Positions 20,058 to 30,202 of a stretch of 37,253 nt of DNA are shown piece by piece (position 1 is the first letter of the stretch; every line of letters starts with the position of its first letter). A program made the position numbers and the translations under genes. Source of the stretch: Hyphomicrobium sp. (GTDB taxonomy: Bacteria; Pseudomonadota; Alphaproteobacteria; Rhizobiales; Hyphomicrobiaceae); NCBI GenBank assembly GCA_031419475.1, contig JANOKW010000168.1, positions 1-37,253 of the forward strand, in the 5' to 3' direction. The notes under the pieces were generated by a model. That model did not search any database and had not been told where the DNA came from. It worked only from the letters and a program-made list of their open reading frames with translations.

Positions 20058-21053
20058 TCAATCCTCAGCCTTCAGCGGGCGCTGCATCAAACCGGCAATC
20101 GCATCATCTACCGAGATTTGGCCTTCGACGATGGCGTGAACGGCTTCCGCAATAGGCATATCGATGTTTTTCGCGCGCGCTAATTTCACAACAGCAGCGG
20201 CGGTATAGACGCCCTCCGTCACGGAGCTGCGGCTTCCTAAAATTTCAGATAGCGGCTGCCCCTCGGCCAGCGCCCGCCCCAAAGACATGTTGCGCGATTG
20301 CGGACTGCCACACGTCAAAATGAGGTCGCCCAATCCGCTCAGTCCCATCAAAGTTTCGGACCGCGCCCCGTAAGCTTCCGCAAAACGTCTCAGTTCCGCG
20401 AACCCGCGCGTTACGAGTGCAGCGTGCGCGCTTGCTCCTAATTCGCGGCCCGCAACTATTCCAGCAGCGATGGCTAGAACGTTTTTGACAGAGCCGCCAA
20501 GCTCCGCTCCAACAACGTCGCTCGTCCAATAGAGGCGCATTTGGCGCGATGACAGTCCTGCAACCAAAGCCTTGCCAGCGGTCTCCGGCCGGCACGCAAG
20601 TGTAAGCGCGGCTGGCAGCCCACGAACAACGTCCGCCGCGAAACTCGGACCCGAGAGAACCGCGAGCAGAGCCTGCGGCAAGACTTCGCCTGCAATCTCG
20701 CCCATCAGCTTTCCTGAGACCTGCTCTATGCCCTTCGCGCAAATGACGACGGGCTGCCCGGGCGTGAGATCGCGCGCCAACTCAGTGGCGACGGACCGCA
20801 GATGTTGGGCTGGTACGACGAGAAGAATGACATCGGCCCGCGTCGCCTCGCGCAACGTCTCTGTCGCGCGCACACCTAGGTCGAGCGGCACGCCCGGAAG
20901 GAATGTGCGGTTGACGTGACGCTCGTTAATGTCGGCGGCAACGTCAGCTTCGCGCGCCCAAATGGTCACAGACTTTCCGCTCTGGACAAGCGTCTGAGCA
21001 AGTGCTGTGCCCCAGGCACCTGCGCCGACAATGCTAACGTTCTCAATCTTCAA
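20058..21053 (-). CDS. gpsA: NAD(P)H-dependent glycerol-3-phosphate dehydrogenase
   Basis: GAGAWGTALA, CAKGIE, LSGPSFA, KNVLAIA, GLGDLILTC and SRN. Confidence 0.96.
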   Translation of the reverse strand: MKIENVSIVGAGAWGTALAQTLVQSGKSVTIWAREADVAADINERHVNRTFLPGVPLDLGVRATETLREATRADVILLVVPAQHLRSVATELARDLTPGQPVVICAKGIEQVSGKLMGEIAGEVLPQALLAVLSGPSFAADVVRGLPAALTLACRPETAGKALVAGLSSRQMRLYWTSDVVGAELGGSVKNVLAIAAGIVAGRELGASAHAALVTRGFAELRRFAEAYGARSETLMGLSGLGDLILTCGSPQSRNMSLGRALAEGQPLSEILGSRSSVTEGVYTAAAVVKLARAKNIDMPIAEAVHAIVEGQISVDDAIAGLMQRPLKAED

Positions 21054-21149
21054 AATGAGCCCTCACTGCCGTTATACAATACCACGCATGACATGTACTT
21101 GACTGACATGGCACAGCCGCAGTCACAAATCGCAAGCCGAACTGTCCCC

Positions 21150-22256
21150 TCAAGCCTTGACACCCGCACCAACCGCCGGTGGCGCGTCGGGATCGAGCGG
21201 CCAGCGTGGCTTAACAGGTGCATCCAGCGCATCGGTGAGGCCCAACGCCAAACGCTCCGCACCCGCCCATGCGATCATCGCGGCATTGTCGGTACAGAGC
21301 GCTGCTGGCGGAGCATAGAATGTAAATCCGTGCTTCGCGGATACCGCTAGCAAGGCCGCCTTCAGTGCTGCATTCGCGGCGACACCCCCAGCAACAACGA
21401 ACGGCCTGTTGGCCTCCGGTAATGTGGCCTGCACCAACTCCATCGCTTTGCCAACGCGGTCCACAACGCAATCCGTAACGGCGGCCTGAAACCCAGCGCA
21501 AAGATCTGCAACGTCAGCATCGGACAGCGGTTCCGCCGCCTTGGCCGCATGACGCACAGCCGTCTTTAAACCGGCAAAGGAAAAATGCGGATCGGCCCGT
21601 CCGAGCATTGGCCGTGGCAGCTTGAAGCGCTTGGCGTCCCCGGACGCGGCCGCGCGCTCAACGTGCGGACCGCCCGGCATCGGCAAGCCTAAAAGTTTGG
21701 CTGTCTTGTCGAAGGCTTCGCCGAGCGCATCGTCGATCGTGGTTGCCAGCCGCCGGTAAGCGCCAACGCCCTCGACCAACAAGAGTTGCGTATGCCCGCC
21801 AGAAACCAGCAGCATCAGATACGGCGGTTTGACACCATCGGTCAGCCCGCATGTGAGGGCGTGAGCTTCTAGGTGATTGATCGCCTGAAACGGTTTCCCA
21901 ATACCGAGCGCGAGCGCTTTGCCTGTAACGGCCCCGACGATCAGACCGCCGATAAGCCCTGGCCCAGAGGCAGCTGCAACCGCGTCGATATCGCTAAACG
22001 GCATCGATGCTTCGCGCATGGCCTGGCGGATGACGTCATCGAGACAATCGATGTGGGCCCGGGCCGCAATCTCGGGCACGACCCCGCCGTAAATCTTGTG
22101 AGCGTCAAACTGCGAGCGCACGACATTAGCGGCAATGCGCCCTGTCCCATCGCCGTTACGAACTACGACGGCCGCAGCCGTTTCGTCGCAGCTTGTCTCG
22201 ATACCAAGCACGACTTGGGCTTGGGACTGGCCAGATTTTTGATGTGCTGAACCCAT
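21150..22256 (-). CDS. tsaD: tRNA N6-adenosine threonylcarbamoyltransferase
   Basis: [34 protein letters not shown] and [11 protein letters not shown] at 22256; TTG at 22286 is an alternative start. Confidence 0.96.
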   Translation of the reverse strand: MGSAHQKSGQSQAQVVLGIETSCDETAAAVVVRNGDGTGRIAANVVRSQFDAHKIYGGVVPEIAARAHIDCLDDVIRQAMREASMPFSDIDAVAAASGPGLIGGLIVGAVTGKALALGIGKPFQAINHLEAHALTCGLTDGVKPPYLMLLVSGGHTQLLLVEGVGAYRRLATTIDDALGEAFDKTAKLLGLPMPGGPHVERAAASGDAKRFKLPRPMLGRADPHFSFAGLKTAVRHAAKAAEPLSDADVADLCAGFQAAVTDCVVDRVGKAMELVQATLPEANRPFVVAGGVAANAALKAALLAVSAKHGFTFYAPPAALCTDNAAMIAWAGAERLALGLTDALDAPVKPRWPLDPDAPPAVGAGVKA

Positions 22257-22304
22257 CGTAGTAACTGTCAATCCTGGCTGAGCCAACTTTGAGTGTACCT
22301 TGAA

Positions 22305-22330
22305 TTTAGCTTGGGTTTAGCTTGGGTTTA
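22305..22330. repeat. 11-bp direct repeat (TTTAGCTTGGG x2 + TTTA) in the divergent tsaD/hemC promoter region
   Basis: Read directly from the sequence; function unknown. Confidence 0.7.
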
Positions 22331-22445
22331 CGTGAGCCCGGCGATATCGCATAGAAGAGGCGACCGGTCACCCCGGTCACCAATGGCGTGCCGGCGCCGA
22401 TACCCATAGCGCGCACCATGGGCCCTACCAACTGGAGAAACGCCG

Positions 22446-23381
22446 TTGCAAGCCGTTGCGACGATACGCATTGGAACGCGAGGCTCGCCTTTGGCGCTGG
22501 CCCAGGCCCACGAGGTCCGTCAACGGCTGAGTGAAGCCCATGGCCTCTCGCCCCATTTGATCGCAATTACCGTCATCAAGACAACGGGGGATCAGATCCT
22601 CGACCGTCCACTCGCCGACATCGGCGGCAAGGGGCTATTTACCAAGGAAATCGAAGAAGCTCTCCTCGCCCACGAGATCGACATCGCCGTGCACTCGATG
22701 AAGGACATGCAGACCGCATTGCCGGAAGGGCTCATACTAGGCGCTGCTCTGCCGCGTGAAGATGTGCGCGATGCATTTATTTCGCTGCAATTTCCCTCGC
22801 TTGATGCCGTGCCGGCGGGCGCAATAATTGGCACGTCGTCCCTGCGCCGGCAGGCGCAAATTTTGCACAAGCGTCCCGATCTCAAAGTCATTGGTTTTCG
22901 CGGCAACGTGCAAACGCGCCTGAAAAAACTTCAGGACGGCGTTGCTGTCGCGACCATCCTTGCCGTTGCCGGTCTGAAGCGCCTTCACCTTGAAGATCGC
23001 ATCACCGCCGCTATTCCGGTTGAACACATGCTTCCCGCCGTCGCGCAGGGTGCTATCGGCATCGAAATACGCGCGGACGATGAAGCGGCTGCCAAGGCCG
23101 TTCAGCCGCTCAACGATCCCGCGACCGCCCTTGCAGTTGCTGCAGAGCGCGCGTTTTTGGCACGCCTCGAAGGGTCGTGCCGTACGCCCATCGCAGGGCT
23201 TGCCGAAGTCAAAGGCGGCGTGCTGTCGTTTCGCGGACAGGTGCTCTCGCCAGACGGCAAGATTTCCTATACCGCGCAGGGCTCCAACGCGACGCAACAC
23301 GCTGTTGCAACCGGCATAGCCGCAGCTGACGACATCCTGAACAAAGCCGACCCCACTGTTATTGCCCGGATCCATACCTGA
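22446..23381 (+). CDS. hemC: Hydroxymethylbilane synthase (porphobilinogen deaminase)
   Basis: IGTRGSPLALAQ, GGKGLFTKE, VHSMKD, GTSSLRR, RGNVQTRL and LEGSCRTP. Confidence 0.97.
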   Translation: MQAVATIRIGTRGSPLALAQAHEVRQRLSEAHGLSPHLIAITVIKTTGDQILDRPLADIGGKGLFTKEIEEALLAHEIDIAVHSMKDMQTALPEGLILGAALPREDVRDAFISLQFPSLDAVPAGAIIGTSSLRRQAQILHKRPDLKVIGFRGNVQTRLKKLQDGVAVATILAVAGLKRLHLEDRITAAIPVEHMLPAVAQGAIGIEIRADDEAAAKAVQPLNDPATALAVAAERAFLARLEGSCRTPIAGLAEVKGGVLSFRGQVLSPDGKISYTAQGSNATQHAVATGIAAADDILNKADPTVIARIHT

Positions 23382-24118
23382 TGCATGTCCTCGTAACGCG
23401 CCCTGAACCCGAAGCCTGGCAAACCAAGGCTCAGCTTGAAAAGCTTGGGCTCCAAGTCACGAGCGCTCCTCTGCTCACGATTGCGTTCAACGACATCGCC
23501 TCTGATGCTTTCGACGGCGCTTCAGGTGTCATCGCAACCAGTAAAAGCGCCCTTCGTGCTTTGGCACTCTCCGGCCTTATTGACAAAGTGCAACCGCTCC
23601 AGGTCTACGCAGTTGGGGAAGAGACGGCCGCTTTTGCCGAGGATTTGAAGCTCAGAAACATTACGGCTGGACGAGGGACAGCCGGGGATCTCGTGCCCGT
23701 GATCGCGGAACGCCACGCGGGGCGGCCCGGGCCGCTGATCCATTTAGCTGGCGACTACCTGGCCTTCGACCTCGCCGGTGCACTCGCCGAGAAAAACATA
23801 AACGTTACCGTTTTAACTGTGTACCGATCGATTGCTGCAGAACGGCTGCCTTCGGGCGTGATTGGGGCCCTGAAGTCTAGCCAGATTAACGCGGTCGCGC
23901 TCATGTCGCCCCGGACCGCCCAGATTTGGGGGGCTCTCATCGAAAAACATGGTCTTCAGAGCGAATTAAGCAAAATAATCCATGTCTGTTTGTCAGAAGC
24001 GGTGGCAGCGCAACTTCCGCCCAATTCTCAACGGCGAACTGAAATAGCTGTTCAGCCGAAAGGGCAAGAAATGCTTGCGCTTATCGGTGATCTGGCGGCA
24101 CAATTCGGCCAAGAGTAG
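23381..24118 (+). CDS. hemD: Uroporphyrinogen-III synthase
   Basis: VLVTRPEP, AVGEETA, VYRS and MSPRTA. Translationally coupled to hemC. Confidence 0.92.
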   Translation: MHVLVTRPEPEAWQTKAQLEKLGLQVTSAPLLTIAFNDIASDAFDGASGVIATSKSALRALALSGLIDKVQPLQVYAVGEETAAFAEDLKLRNITAGRGTAGDLVPVIAERHAGRPGPLIHLAGDYLAFDLAGALAEKNINVTVLTVYRSIAAERLPSGVIGALKSSQINAVALMSPRTAQIWGALIEKHGLQSELSKIIHVCLSEAVAAQLPPNSQRRTEIAVQPKGQEMLALIGDLAAQFGQE

Positions 24119-24221
24119 ATTGCAAGGGACGTAAGCTTGCCCTGGCACAGAAGCGCCGGCAAAAGCGATCGGCATCTCCCCCGCCGGTTTGTCCAAACAC
24201 AGTACGGAGGCGTTCAGCTCC

Positions 24222-26012
24222 ATGACCGACGCAAAAAACGATCCCGCGCAGCCAAAACGGCCCTATGCGACGCTGGATTTGAAGGCGACCGAAATCAAAG
24301 TCACGCCGATTGGTGAGAAGGTGCCCCCTGCTGCCAGCGCGGCTTCAGGCGCTGCCGGTAGCGCCACGACCCCCACGCCTGCACCGGCCTCGACCTATGC
24401 AGCTTTCCAAGCGTCCGGATTCCCGCCTGCGGTGGCCGCAAAAAAGGATACCAGCGCAGCGAAGCCAAGCGCACCGCCGTCTGCAGCCACAAGCACGCCC
24501 ACTGGGGCCACGAGCAGCGCGGCCAGCAGCACAACGACTACGCAATTGGCGCAGCCGGCCGCAGCGGCGTCCTCCACGCCATCCGCCACACAACCGACCG
24601 TCGTCGTCAAGAAGCGCGGCGGTTTCTTCTCGCATCTGGCAGCCAGCATCATTGGCGGGTTTGTAGCCTTGGCTGGCGCGGATTGGGCCATCCCGCAACT
24701 CCAGCAGCTCGGTCTGCAGCAATATCTGCCGCTACTTGGTGCTTCACGCGGCGCGGACGGCCAGCGCTTGGCCAAGCTTGAAAGACAGTTGGCTGCGGGC
24801 GACCTCAGCACCCAATTAAAGAACGCAGAAATACGTCTTGCTGCGCTCGAAAAAACCGCAGACGTCATACCCGGCATTGCTCAGTCGCAATCGCGTCTGG
24901 TTGCTGAAACCAAGGCTGCTCTTGCTTCTGCCGCAAGCGACGCTGGAGCACCCGACCAAATCGAACGGCTGACCAAGGTCGAAGACAAACTCAAGGCCTT
25001 GACTGACGCTGGCGCCAACGATCCAGCGGCCGGCCGTCTCGAACAGCTCGCAGCTCTGACCGGCAAAGTCGCCGATCTTGAAACCAGCATGTCCACGCAG
25101 TTGACCGCACTCCGCAAGAGTGTTGCGGGTGACGTTGAAGCCCGCATTATCGCGGCAACGGAAGCCAGCGAAGCCGCAAAATCCGGTACCCAGCGCATTG
25201 ATCGTGAACTCGCCGGAATCAAGACCGACTCCGCGCGCTTGAACGAACGCCTCGAAGCCGGAAAGGCCCAGGCTGATCGCGCCATGGAAAACCTGAAACA
25301 GGCGCAACAAGACTCAGCGGCGCTCAAAGCCTCACTCGAAACACTCAAATCGAGCGTCGCCAAGCCATCGGACGTCACGTCGGCGGTTACGCCCGTCACC
25401 GAAAAGCTGGTAACGCTTGAAGCCAACCTGCAGAACGTTCTCAACGCCGAAGAAGACCGCCGCTCGAATGCCGAGCGCATTGTCCTCTCGCTTGAGCTGC
25501 AAAACCTTAAGCGTGCCCTTGATCGCGGCCAAAAGTATGGACCCGAGCTTGCTGAAGTTCGAAAAGTATCTAATGGGAAACTCGATCTTGCCGTGCTCGA
25601 AAAGTTCAAGGACCATGGCGTGCCTACCTTACCGGACCTCGCGCGCGATTACCGGGCAACAGCGAATTCTTTAATCGATGCCGACGCGGACGCCGCAGAA
25701 GGCTCGGTTGTTGACCGGCTCATTGCTGGCGCCAAGTCAGTTGTGCGCGTGCGCAAAGTCAGCCACAACGCCGATGACAAGAGCGCCGAAGCGATCGCTG
25801 GCCGGATGGAGATCGCTCTTAAAGAAGGACGCCTCCCGGACATCATCGAAGAGGCAAAGGCGCTTTCTTCAAAGGCCAAAGACGCAGCCGCGCCCTTTCT
25901 TGAAAAAGTCGCCGCGCGGGCCAGCGTCGATAGTTCCGTCGCTCAAATCGAAACTAAACTGAAGTCGTCACTCAGCGGCTCTGCCCGTGAACCGGCGACG
26001 ACCCAGAACTAG
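24222..26012 (+). CDS. COG4223 / alphaproteobacterial Mic60 (mitofilin-like) membrane-anchored coiled-coil protein
   Basis: Lies between hemD and the HemY_N gene. Shows a low-complexity N-terminus, one TM helix, a long coiled coil and a C-terminal region with GVPTL and a helical tail. ATG at 24222 follows GGAGG. Confidence 0.8.
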   Translation: MTDAKNDPAQPKRPYATLDLKATEIKVTPIGEKVPPAASAASGAAGSATTPTPAPASTYAAFQASGFPPAVAAKKDTSAAKPSAPPSAATSTPTGATSSAASSTTTTQLAQPAAAASSTPSATQPTVVVKKRGGFFSHLAASIIGGFVALAGADWAIPQLQQLGLQQYLPLLGASRGADGQRLAKLERQLAAGDLSTQLKNAEIRLAALEKTADVIPGIAQSQSRLVAETKAALASAASDAGAPDQIERLTKVEDKLKALTDAGANDPAAGRLEQLAALTGKVADLETSMSTQLTALRKSVAGDVEARIIAATEASEAAKSGTQRIDRELAGIKTDSARLNERLEAGKAQADRAMENLKQAQQDSAALKASLETLKSSVAKPSDVTSAVTPVTEKLVTLEANLQNVLNAEEDRRSNAERIVLSLELQNLKRALDRGQKYGPELAEVRKVSNGKLDLAVLEKFKDHGVPTLPDLARDYRATANSLIDADADAAEGSVVDRLIAGAKSVVRVRKVSHNADDKSAEAIAGRMEIALKEGRLPDIIEEAKALSSKAKDAAAPFLEKVAARASVDSSVAQIETKLKSSLSGSAREPATTQN

Positions 26013-26025
26013 CTGAAGCTCAAAG

Positions 26026-27807
26026 GTGCGCGCCATGCTGCGTCTCGTCATTTATCTCGTTTCTATCGCACTCATTGCCACAGGGCTTGCCTGGCTGGCA
26101 GACCGGCCGGGTACGCTCCACATGGTCTGGCAAGGCTATGACATAGAAACAAGCGTGTTCAGGGCCACCGTCATTCTTGCGGCGGCGGTGGCGACTGCCA
26201 TTTTTACTTGGTCGGTCTTACGAACGCTCTGGAACAGCCCTGCCGCTCTTGGCCAACGCATCGTGCGTAAGCGTCAGAAGCGCGGCCTCGATGCGCTCTC
26301 GAGCGGCATGATCGCTATTGGCGCAGGCGACAAGTCACTCGCCACACGCTACGCACTGCAAGCACGCAAATCATTGCCGCACGAACCGCTCACGCATCTG
26401 CTTAGGGCCCAGGCTGCCCAACTTTCTGGCGACCGTGCAACGGCGCGGCGCATCTTCGAATCCATGTTGGCAGCGCCCGAAACGGAGCAACTTGGTTTGC
26501 GCGGCCTGTTCCTGGAAGCGGAACGCGAAGGCGCAACGGAAGCCGCGCGCCAGATCGCCGACAAGGCCTTGCGCTCTAATCCCAAGCTCGCATGGTCATC
26601 CGACGCGCTCTTCGATTTGCAATGCAAGCAGAAGGATTGGGCCGGTGCGCTCGACACCCTGGCGCTCGCCAAACGCAATGGCCTCGTTGAAAAAACGCCG
26701 GCCGATCGCCGCCGCGCCGTTCTTCTTGCCGCCCAAGCGCAGGATGCGGAAGACAACGACGCCGACAAAGCGCTGAGCCTTGCACTCGAATCCAATGGTC
26801 TCGCACCAGACTTGGTGCCTGCGGCCGCCGTTGCATCACGCATCCTGGCAGCGCGCGGCAATACCGGTAAGGCAGCGAAAATCGTGCAAAAGGCGTGGAC
26901 GCGCGCGCCACATCCGGATCTGGCGATGGCCTATGCTTATGCTCGCATCGGGGACAGCCCGCGTGATCGTCTTGATCGCATCAAACAGCTGGCCGCACTC
27001 AACCCGCACTCTATCGAGAGCCCGATTGCCGTCGCGAACACAGCGATCGAAGCGCGCCTCTACAATGACGCGCGCGACGCCTTGCAGCCCCTGCTCGACA
27101 ACCGCCTGACTCAGCGCGTGGCAACGCTCATGGCGCGCGTGGAAGCGGGAGAAAACGGCGACAAGGGCCGGGTGCGCGAATGGCTCGCGCGCGCCGTCAA
27201 TGCTGCGCGCGACCCGGCCTGGACAGCTGACGGCGTCATATCTGACCGCTGGGAACCGGTGTCGCCCGTCACCGGTGCATTCGACGCCTTTCAATGGCGC
27301 GTGCCGGTCGAATCACTCGAATCGGGCGCGTCGAACATTCTTGGCGAGCGATTGGAAGAACTACTCGCGATCAGCGCGCCACCGCCCGCTGCCCAAGCCA
27401 GTGCCAGCGCCGCACCTGCTCGGCCCCGGGCAAATCAGGCTTCCGTACCAAGCCGAGACGACGTCGTAGACGCCGAAGCGGTGACGGTCCGCCCCGCAGC
27501 GGCCCCTTCCATGGCCGTATTGGCCGCAAAGCCCTCAGAACGGTCAGAACGATCTCTAGTCGCGAAGAACGCGCCCGAGCCGCGCGTTGCGGAAGTCACC
27601 GTCGTGAAGCCGGCCCAAGACAAGCCAGAGAAGCCTGTGGTCACGCCTGCCAAAATCCAAGAGCCAGCGACCGCCGTTAAAGCCGCTGTAAAGCCAGATG
27701 CCAAGATCTTCGTCGCACCCCGCGCACCCGATGATCCCGGTCCCGAAGAGGCAGAGACGACGGACAACGGCACATTCCCGAAGCGCGTTTTCCGGGCTGT
27801 CAATTAA
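26026..27807 (+). CDS. HemY N-terminal-domain/TPR membrane protein (COG3898)
   Basis: WLADRPG, two TM helices, GLRGLF, TPR-like helices, DPAWTADG...WEPVSPVTG and a Pro/Ala-rich tail ending PDDPGP. Confidence 0.88.
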   Translation: MRAMLRLVIYLVSIALIATGLAWLADRPGTLHMVWQGYDIETSVFRATVILAAAVATAIFTWSVLRTLWNSPAALGQRIVRKRQKRGLDALSSGMIAIGAGDKSLATRYALQARKSLPHEPLTHLLRAQAAQLSGDRATARRIFESMLAAPETEQLGLRGLFLEAEREGATEAARQIADKALRSNPKLAWSSDALFDLQCKQKDWAGALDTLALAKRNGLVEKTPADRRRAVLLAAQAQDAEDNDADKALSLALESNGLAPDLVPAAAVASRILAARGNTGKAAKIVQKAWTRAPHPDLAMAYAYARIGDSPRDRLDRIKQLAALNPHSIESPIAVANTAIEARLYNDARDALQPLLDNRLTQRVATLMARVEAGENGDKGRVREWLARAVNAARDPAWTADGVISDRWEPVSPVTGAFDAFQWRVPVESLESGASNILGERLEELLAISAPPPAAQASASAAPARPRANQASVPSRDDVVDAEAVTVRPAAAPSMAVLAAKPSERSERSLVAKNAPEPRVAEVTVVKPAQDKPEKPVVTPAKIQEPATAVKAAVKPDAKIFVAPRAPDDPGPEEAETTDNGTFPKRVFRAVN

Positions 27808-27862
27808 GGAGGAGGGCCGTCTTATCCTGTTTGGCGCCACGACTCATGCGGATGATATGGAC

Positions 27863-27898
27863 ATGAAAAAGCGAGGTACATGTACCTCGCTTTTTCAT
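27863..27898. terminator. Bidirectional intrinsic terminator (perfect 36-bp palindrome)
   Basis: ATGAAAAAGCGAGGTACA|TGTACCTCGCTTTTTCAT between convergent genes, giving a U-tract on both strands. Confidence 0.85.
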
Positions 27899-27915
27899 TG
27901 TACTCAGGGTTTGAA

Positions 27916-27945
27916 CTCTCGCGCCGGTTTCGCCCGGCGCGAGAG
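27916..27945 (-). terminator. GC-rich hairpin just downstream of the GMC gene
   Basis: CTCTCGCGCCGG-tttcgc-CCGGCGCGAGAG, a 12-bp stem. Confidence 0.65.
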
Positions 27946-27954
27946 GAATCAATT

Positions 27955-29532
27955 CTAGATATCGCCTTTCGCCATCATATCGCGGATTGTAGCGGCCTGG
28001 CGCAGTGCCAGCGAAACAATCGTGAGCGTTGGGTTTTCGGCGGCACCGGTGGTGAACTGGCTGCCGTCCGAGACGAACAGGTTTTTGATGTCGTGCGTCT
28101 GCCCAAACTTGTTGACGACGCCGTCCTTCGCGTTCGCACTCATGCGGTTGGTGCCCATGTTGTGCGTTGAAGGATAGGGCGGCGTCGGGAATGTGCGCGT
28201 CGCACCCGCCGCCTCGTATACGGCCGCGCCTTGCTTATAGGCGTGGTTACGCATGGCAATGTCGTTGGGGTGGTCATCGAAGTGCACGTTCGGGGTTGGC
28301 ATCCCGTATTTGTCCTTCTTCTCCTTATTGACCGTAATCCGGTTCTTTTCCTGCGGCATGTCTTCGCCAACGATCCACATGCCGGCCATGTTATTAAAGC
28401 CGTCCATGCCAGCCGCAAAGTCACGGCCCCAACCACCCGGATCGAGGAAAGCTGCCATAAACGGCAACCCGATCGAGAGTGTCTCTAGTTCGTAGCCGCC
28501 CGCGAAACCGCGCTTGGTGTCGTGCTTGGCTTCGTCAGAGATGATGCCGGCCATGGTGGTACCACGCCACATCTTCACCGGTTTTTCGAAGATGCCGTAA
28601 ACCGAACCAGTTGTGTGGCGCATGTAGTTTTTGCCGACCATGCCAGACGAGTTGGCAAGGCCGTCCGGGTACTTAGCTGACGCCGAGTTTAGCAACAGAC
28701 GCGGGCTTTCGATCGAGTTGCCGGCGACGCAGACAGCGCGAGCCTTCTGCTTCTGCTCCTTGCCATCCTTGTCAAAGTAGACGACGCCCGTCACTTTGCC
28801 TTTGTCATCGTGCTCGATGCGGGTGACATGGCATTGTGGGCGGACTTCGAGTTTGCCGGTTTTTTCGCCTTTTGGAATTTCGGCGTAGAGCGTCGACCAC
28901 TTGGCGCCCGATTTGCAACCCTGGAAGCAGAAGCCGATCTGCTGGCAAGCGCCACGGCCGTCGCGCGGTGCCGAGTTGATCGACATGCGGCCGGTGTGAC
29001 ATTCCTTGTAACCCAGTTTGTCGGCGCCAGCCTTCAAGACCTTGAAGTTGTTGTTACCCGGCAGGCCTTCGATGCCGTGGGTGCGCGTTGTGCCCATACG
29101 GTCTTCGGCCTTCGTGTACCACGGCTCCATTTCCTTGCCGTCAATCGGCCAGTCGAGCAGGTTCGCACCTGCAATTTCGCCGTACGTTGTCTTGGCTTTC
29201 CACTCATGCGCTTGGAAGCGCAACGAGGCGCCGGCCCAGTGGATGGTTGAACCACCGACAGACTTTACGATCCAGGCGGGAAGGCCGGCGAAGTCTTTGG
29301 CAACGCGCCAGTTGCCAGATGTCGAACGCTCGTCGAGCCAGGCAAGCTGACCGAAGCTTGGCCACTCGTCGTTGACGAAATCTTCGATCGTGTGGCGTGC
29401 GCCCGCTTCGAGAATGACGGTATCGACGCCGAGGATCGCAAGTTCAGAACCAACAGTTCCGCCGCCGGCTCCAGAGCCGATGACTACTACAACCGAACCG
29501 TCGTCTTGTTTATAGGGTGCCGGCATGGGCAT
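27955..29532 (-). CDS. GMC-family flavoprotein oxidoreductase, large subunit
   Basis: IGSGAGGG FAD-binding motif, VGGSTIHW, Cys cluster CQQIGFCFQGC, HNMGTNRM and NPTLTIVSLA. Confidence 0.93.
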   Translation of the reverse strand: MPMPAPYKQDDGSVVVVIGSGAGGGTVGSELAILGVDTVILEAGARHTIEDFVNDEWPSFGQLAWLDERSTSGNWRVAKDFAGLPAWIVKSVGGSTIHWAGASLRFQAHEWKAKTTYGEIAGANLLDWPIDGKEMEPWYTKAEDRMGTTRTHGIEGLPGNNNFKVLKAGADKLGYKECHTGRMSINSAPRDGRGACQQIGFCFQGCKSGAKWSTLYAEIPKGEKTGKLEVRPQCHVTRIEHDDKGKVTGVVYFDKDGKEQKQKARAVCVAGNSIESPRLLLNSASAKYPDGLANSSGMVGKNYMRHTTGSVYGIFEKPVKMWRGTTMAGIISDEAKHDTKRGFAGGYELETLSIGLPFMAAFLDPGGWGRDFAAGMDGFNNMAGMWIVGEDMPQEKNRITVNKEKKDKYGMPTPNVHFDDHPNDIAMRNHAYKQGAAVYEAAGATRTFPTPPYPSTHNMGTNRMSANAKDGVVNKFGQTHDIKNLFVSDGSQFTTGAAENPTLTIVSLALRQAATIRDMMAKGDI

Positions 29533-29568
29533 TCCTCCAGAAATTTGGTGATTTTATTGGTGAAGCTC

Positions 29569-30102
29569 TTAGAGCCAATCGATATCGTCGAAGCCGCGCT
29601 TGATGTAGCCGCCCTTTGAGGCCGACTCACCTTCGTAGCCAAAGATCGGCCAGACTTCTTTCTGGTTGTAGAGCGACACAACGAGGTCGCCGCGTACAGC
29701 TTGGAAGAAGCCGTCCTTTTCAATGCCGCGAAGCAGCGCGACGCGCTGGTGTTCCCAGCCAACGTCTGCATAGCCAACGCCGTGGGCCTTCTTGGCAGCC
29801 GCATCGAGAGCGGCAACGCCGTCCTCAAGCTGCTTCTTCAGCGGTGCGCCTTCGGTCGATTTATCGTCCATGCCTTTAACGGCAGCGGCGTAATATTTGT
29901 CGGCAAGGCGATCGTGCGGATAGATATCGCGCGACATCTTGATGAGCGTGCGAACCGACTCTGGCTTTAAGTTCTTGGCTTCAAGTGCCCATGACTCCGA
30001 CGGGCACATCACAGCCGTACTGGTGACGACGAGTGCTGCAGCTCCCGTTGTTTGAAGGAACGACCTGCGGTCGACCTTCGGCGTTTTGTCAATCAAGTTC
30101 AT
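29569..30102 (-). CDS. Tat-exported small subunit of the GMC dehydrogenase (gluconate 2-dehydrogenase subunit 3-like)
   Basis: Twin-arginine motif DRRSFL and C-terminal FGYEG...GFDDIDWL. Directly upstream of the GMC gene. Confidence 0.85.
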   Translation of the reverse strand: MNLIDKTPKVDRRSFLQTTGAAALVVTSTAVMCPSESWALEAKNLKPESVRTLIKMSRDIYPHDRLADKYYAAAVKGMDDKSTEGAPLKKQLEDGVAALDAAAKKAHGVGYADVGWEHQRVALLRGIEKDGFFQAVRGDLVVSLYNQKEVWPIFGYEGESASKGGYIKRGFDDIDWL

Positions 30103-30202
30103 TGCCGTTTCCTCCTACGTTTTTTGTTATTCTGCAGTCGTCCGATTCAATGTTGGCCGGCGACTGTTATGTTATGTCTATATCAAAGTCCTACTGATGC
30201 CG

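Noticed and set aside
24881-25609. 242-aa minus-strand ORF and other nested ORFs in the Mic60/HemY_N genes
   Set aside because: Antisense or alternate-frame artefacts of GC-rich, Ala-rich coding sequence.
26026-27807. Protoporphyrinogen oxidase activity for the HemY-like gene
   Set aside because: No FAD-binding GxGxxG motif; this is the TPR-type HemY_N membrane protein.
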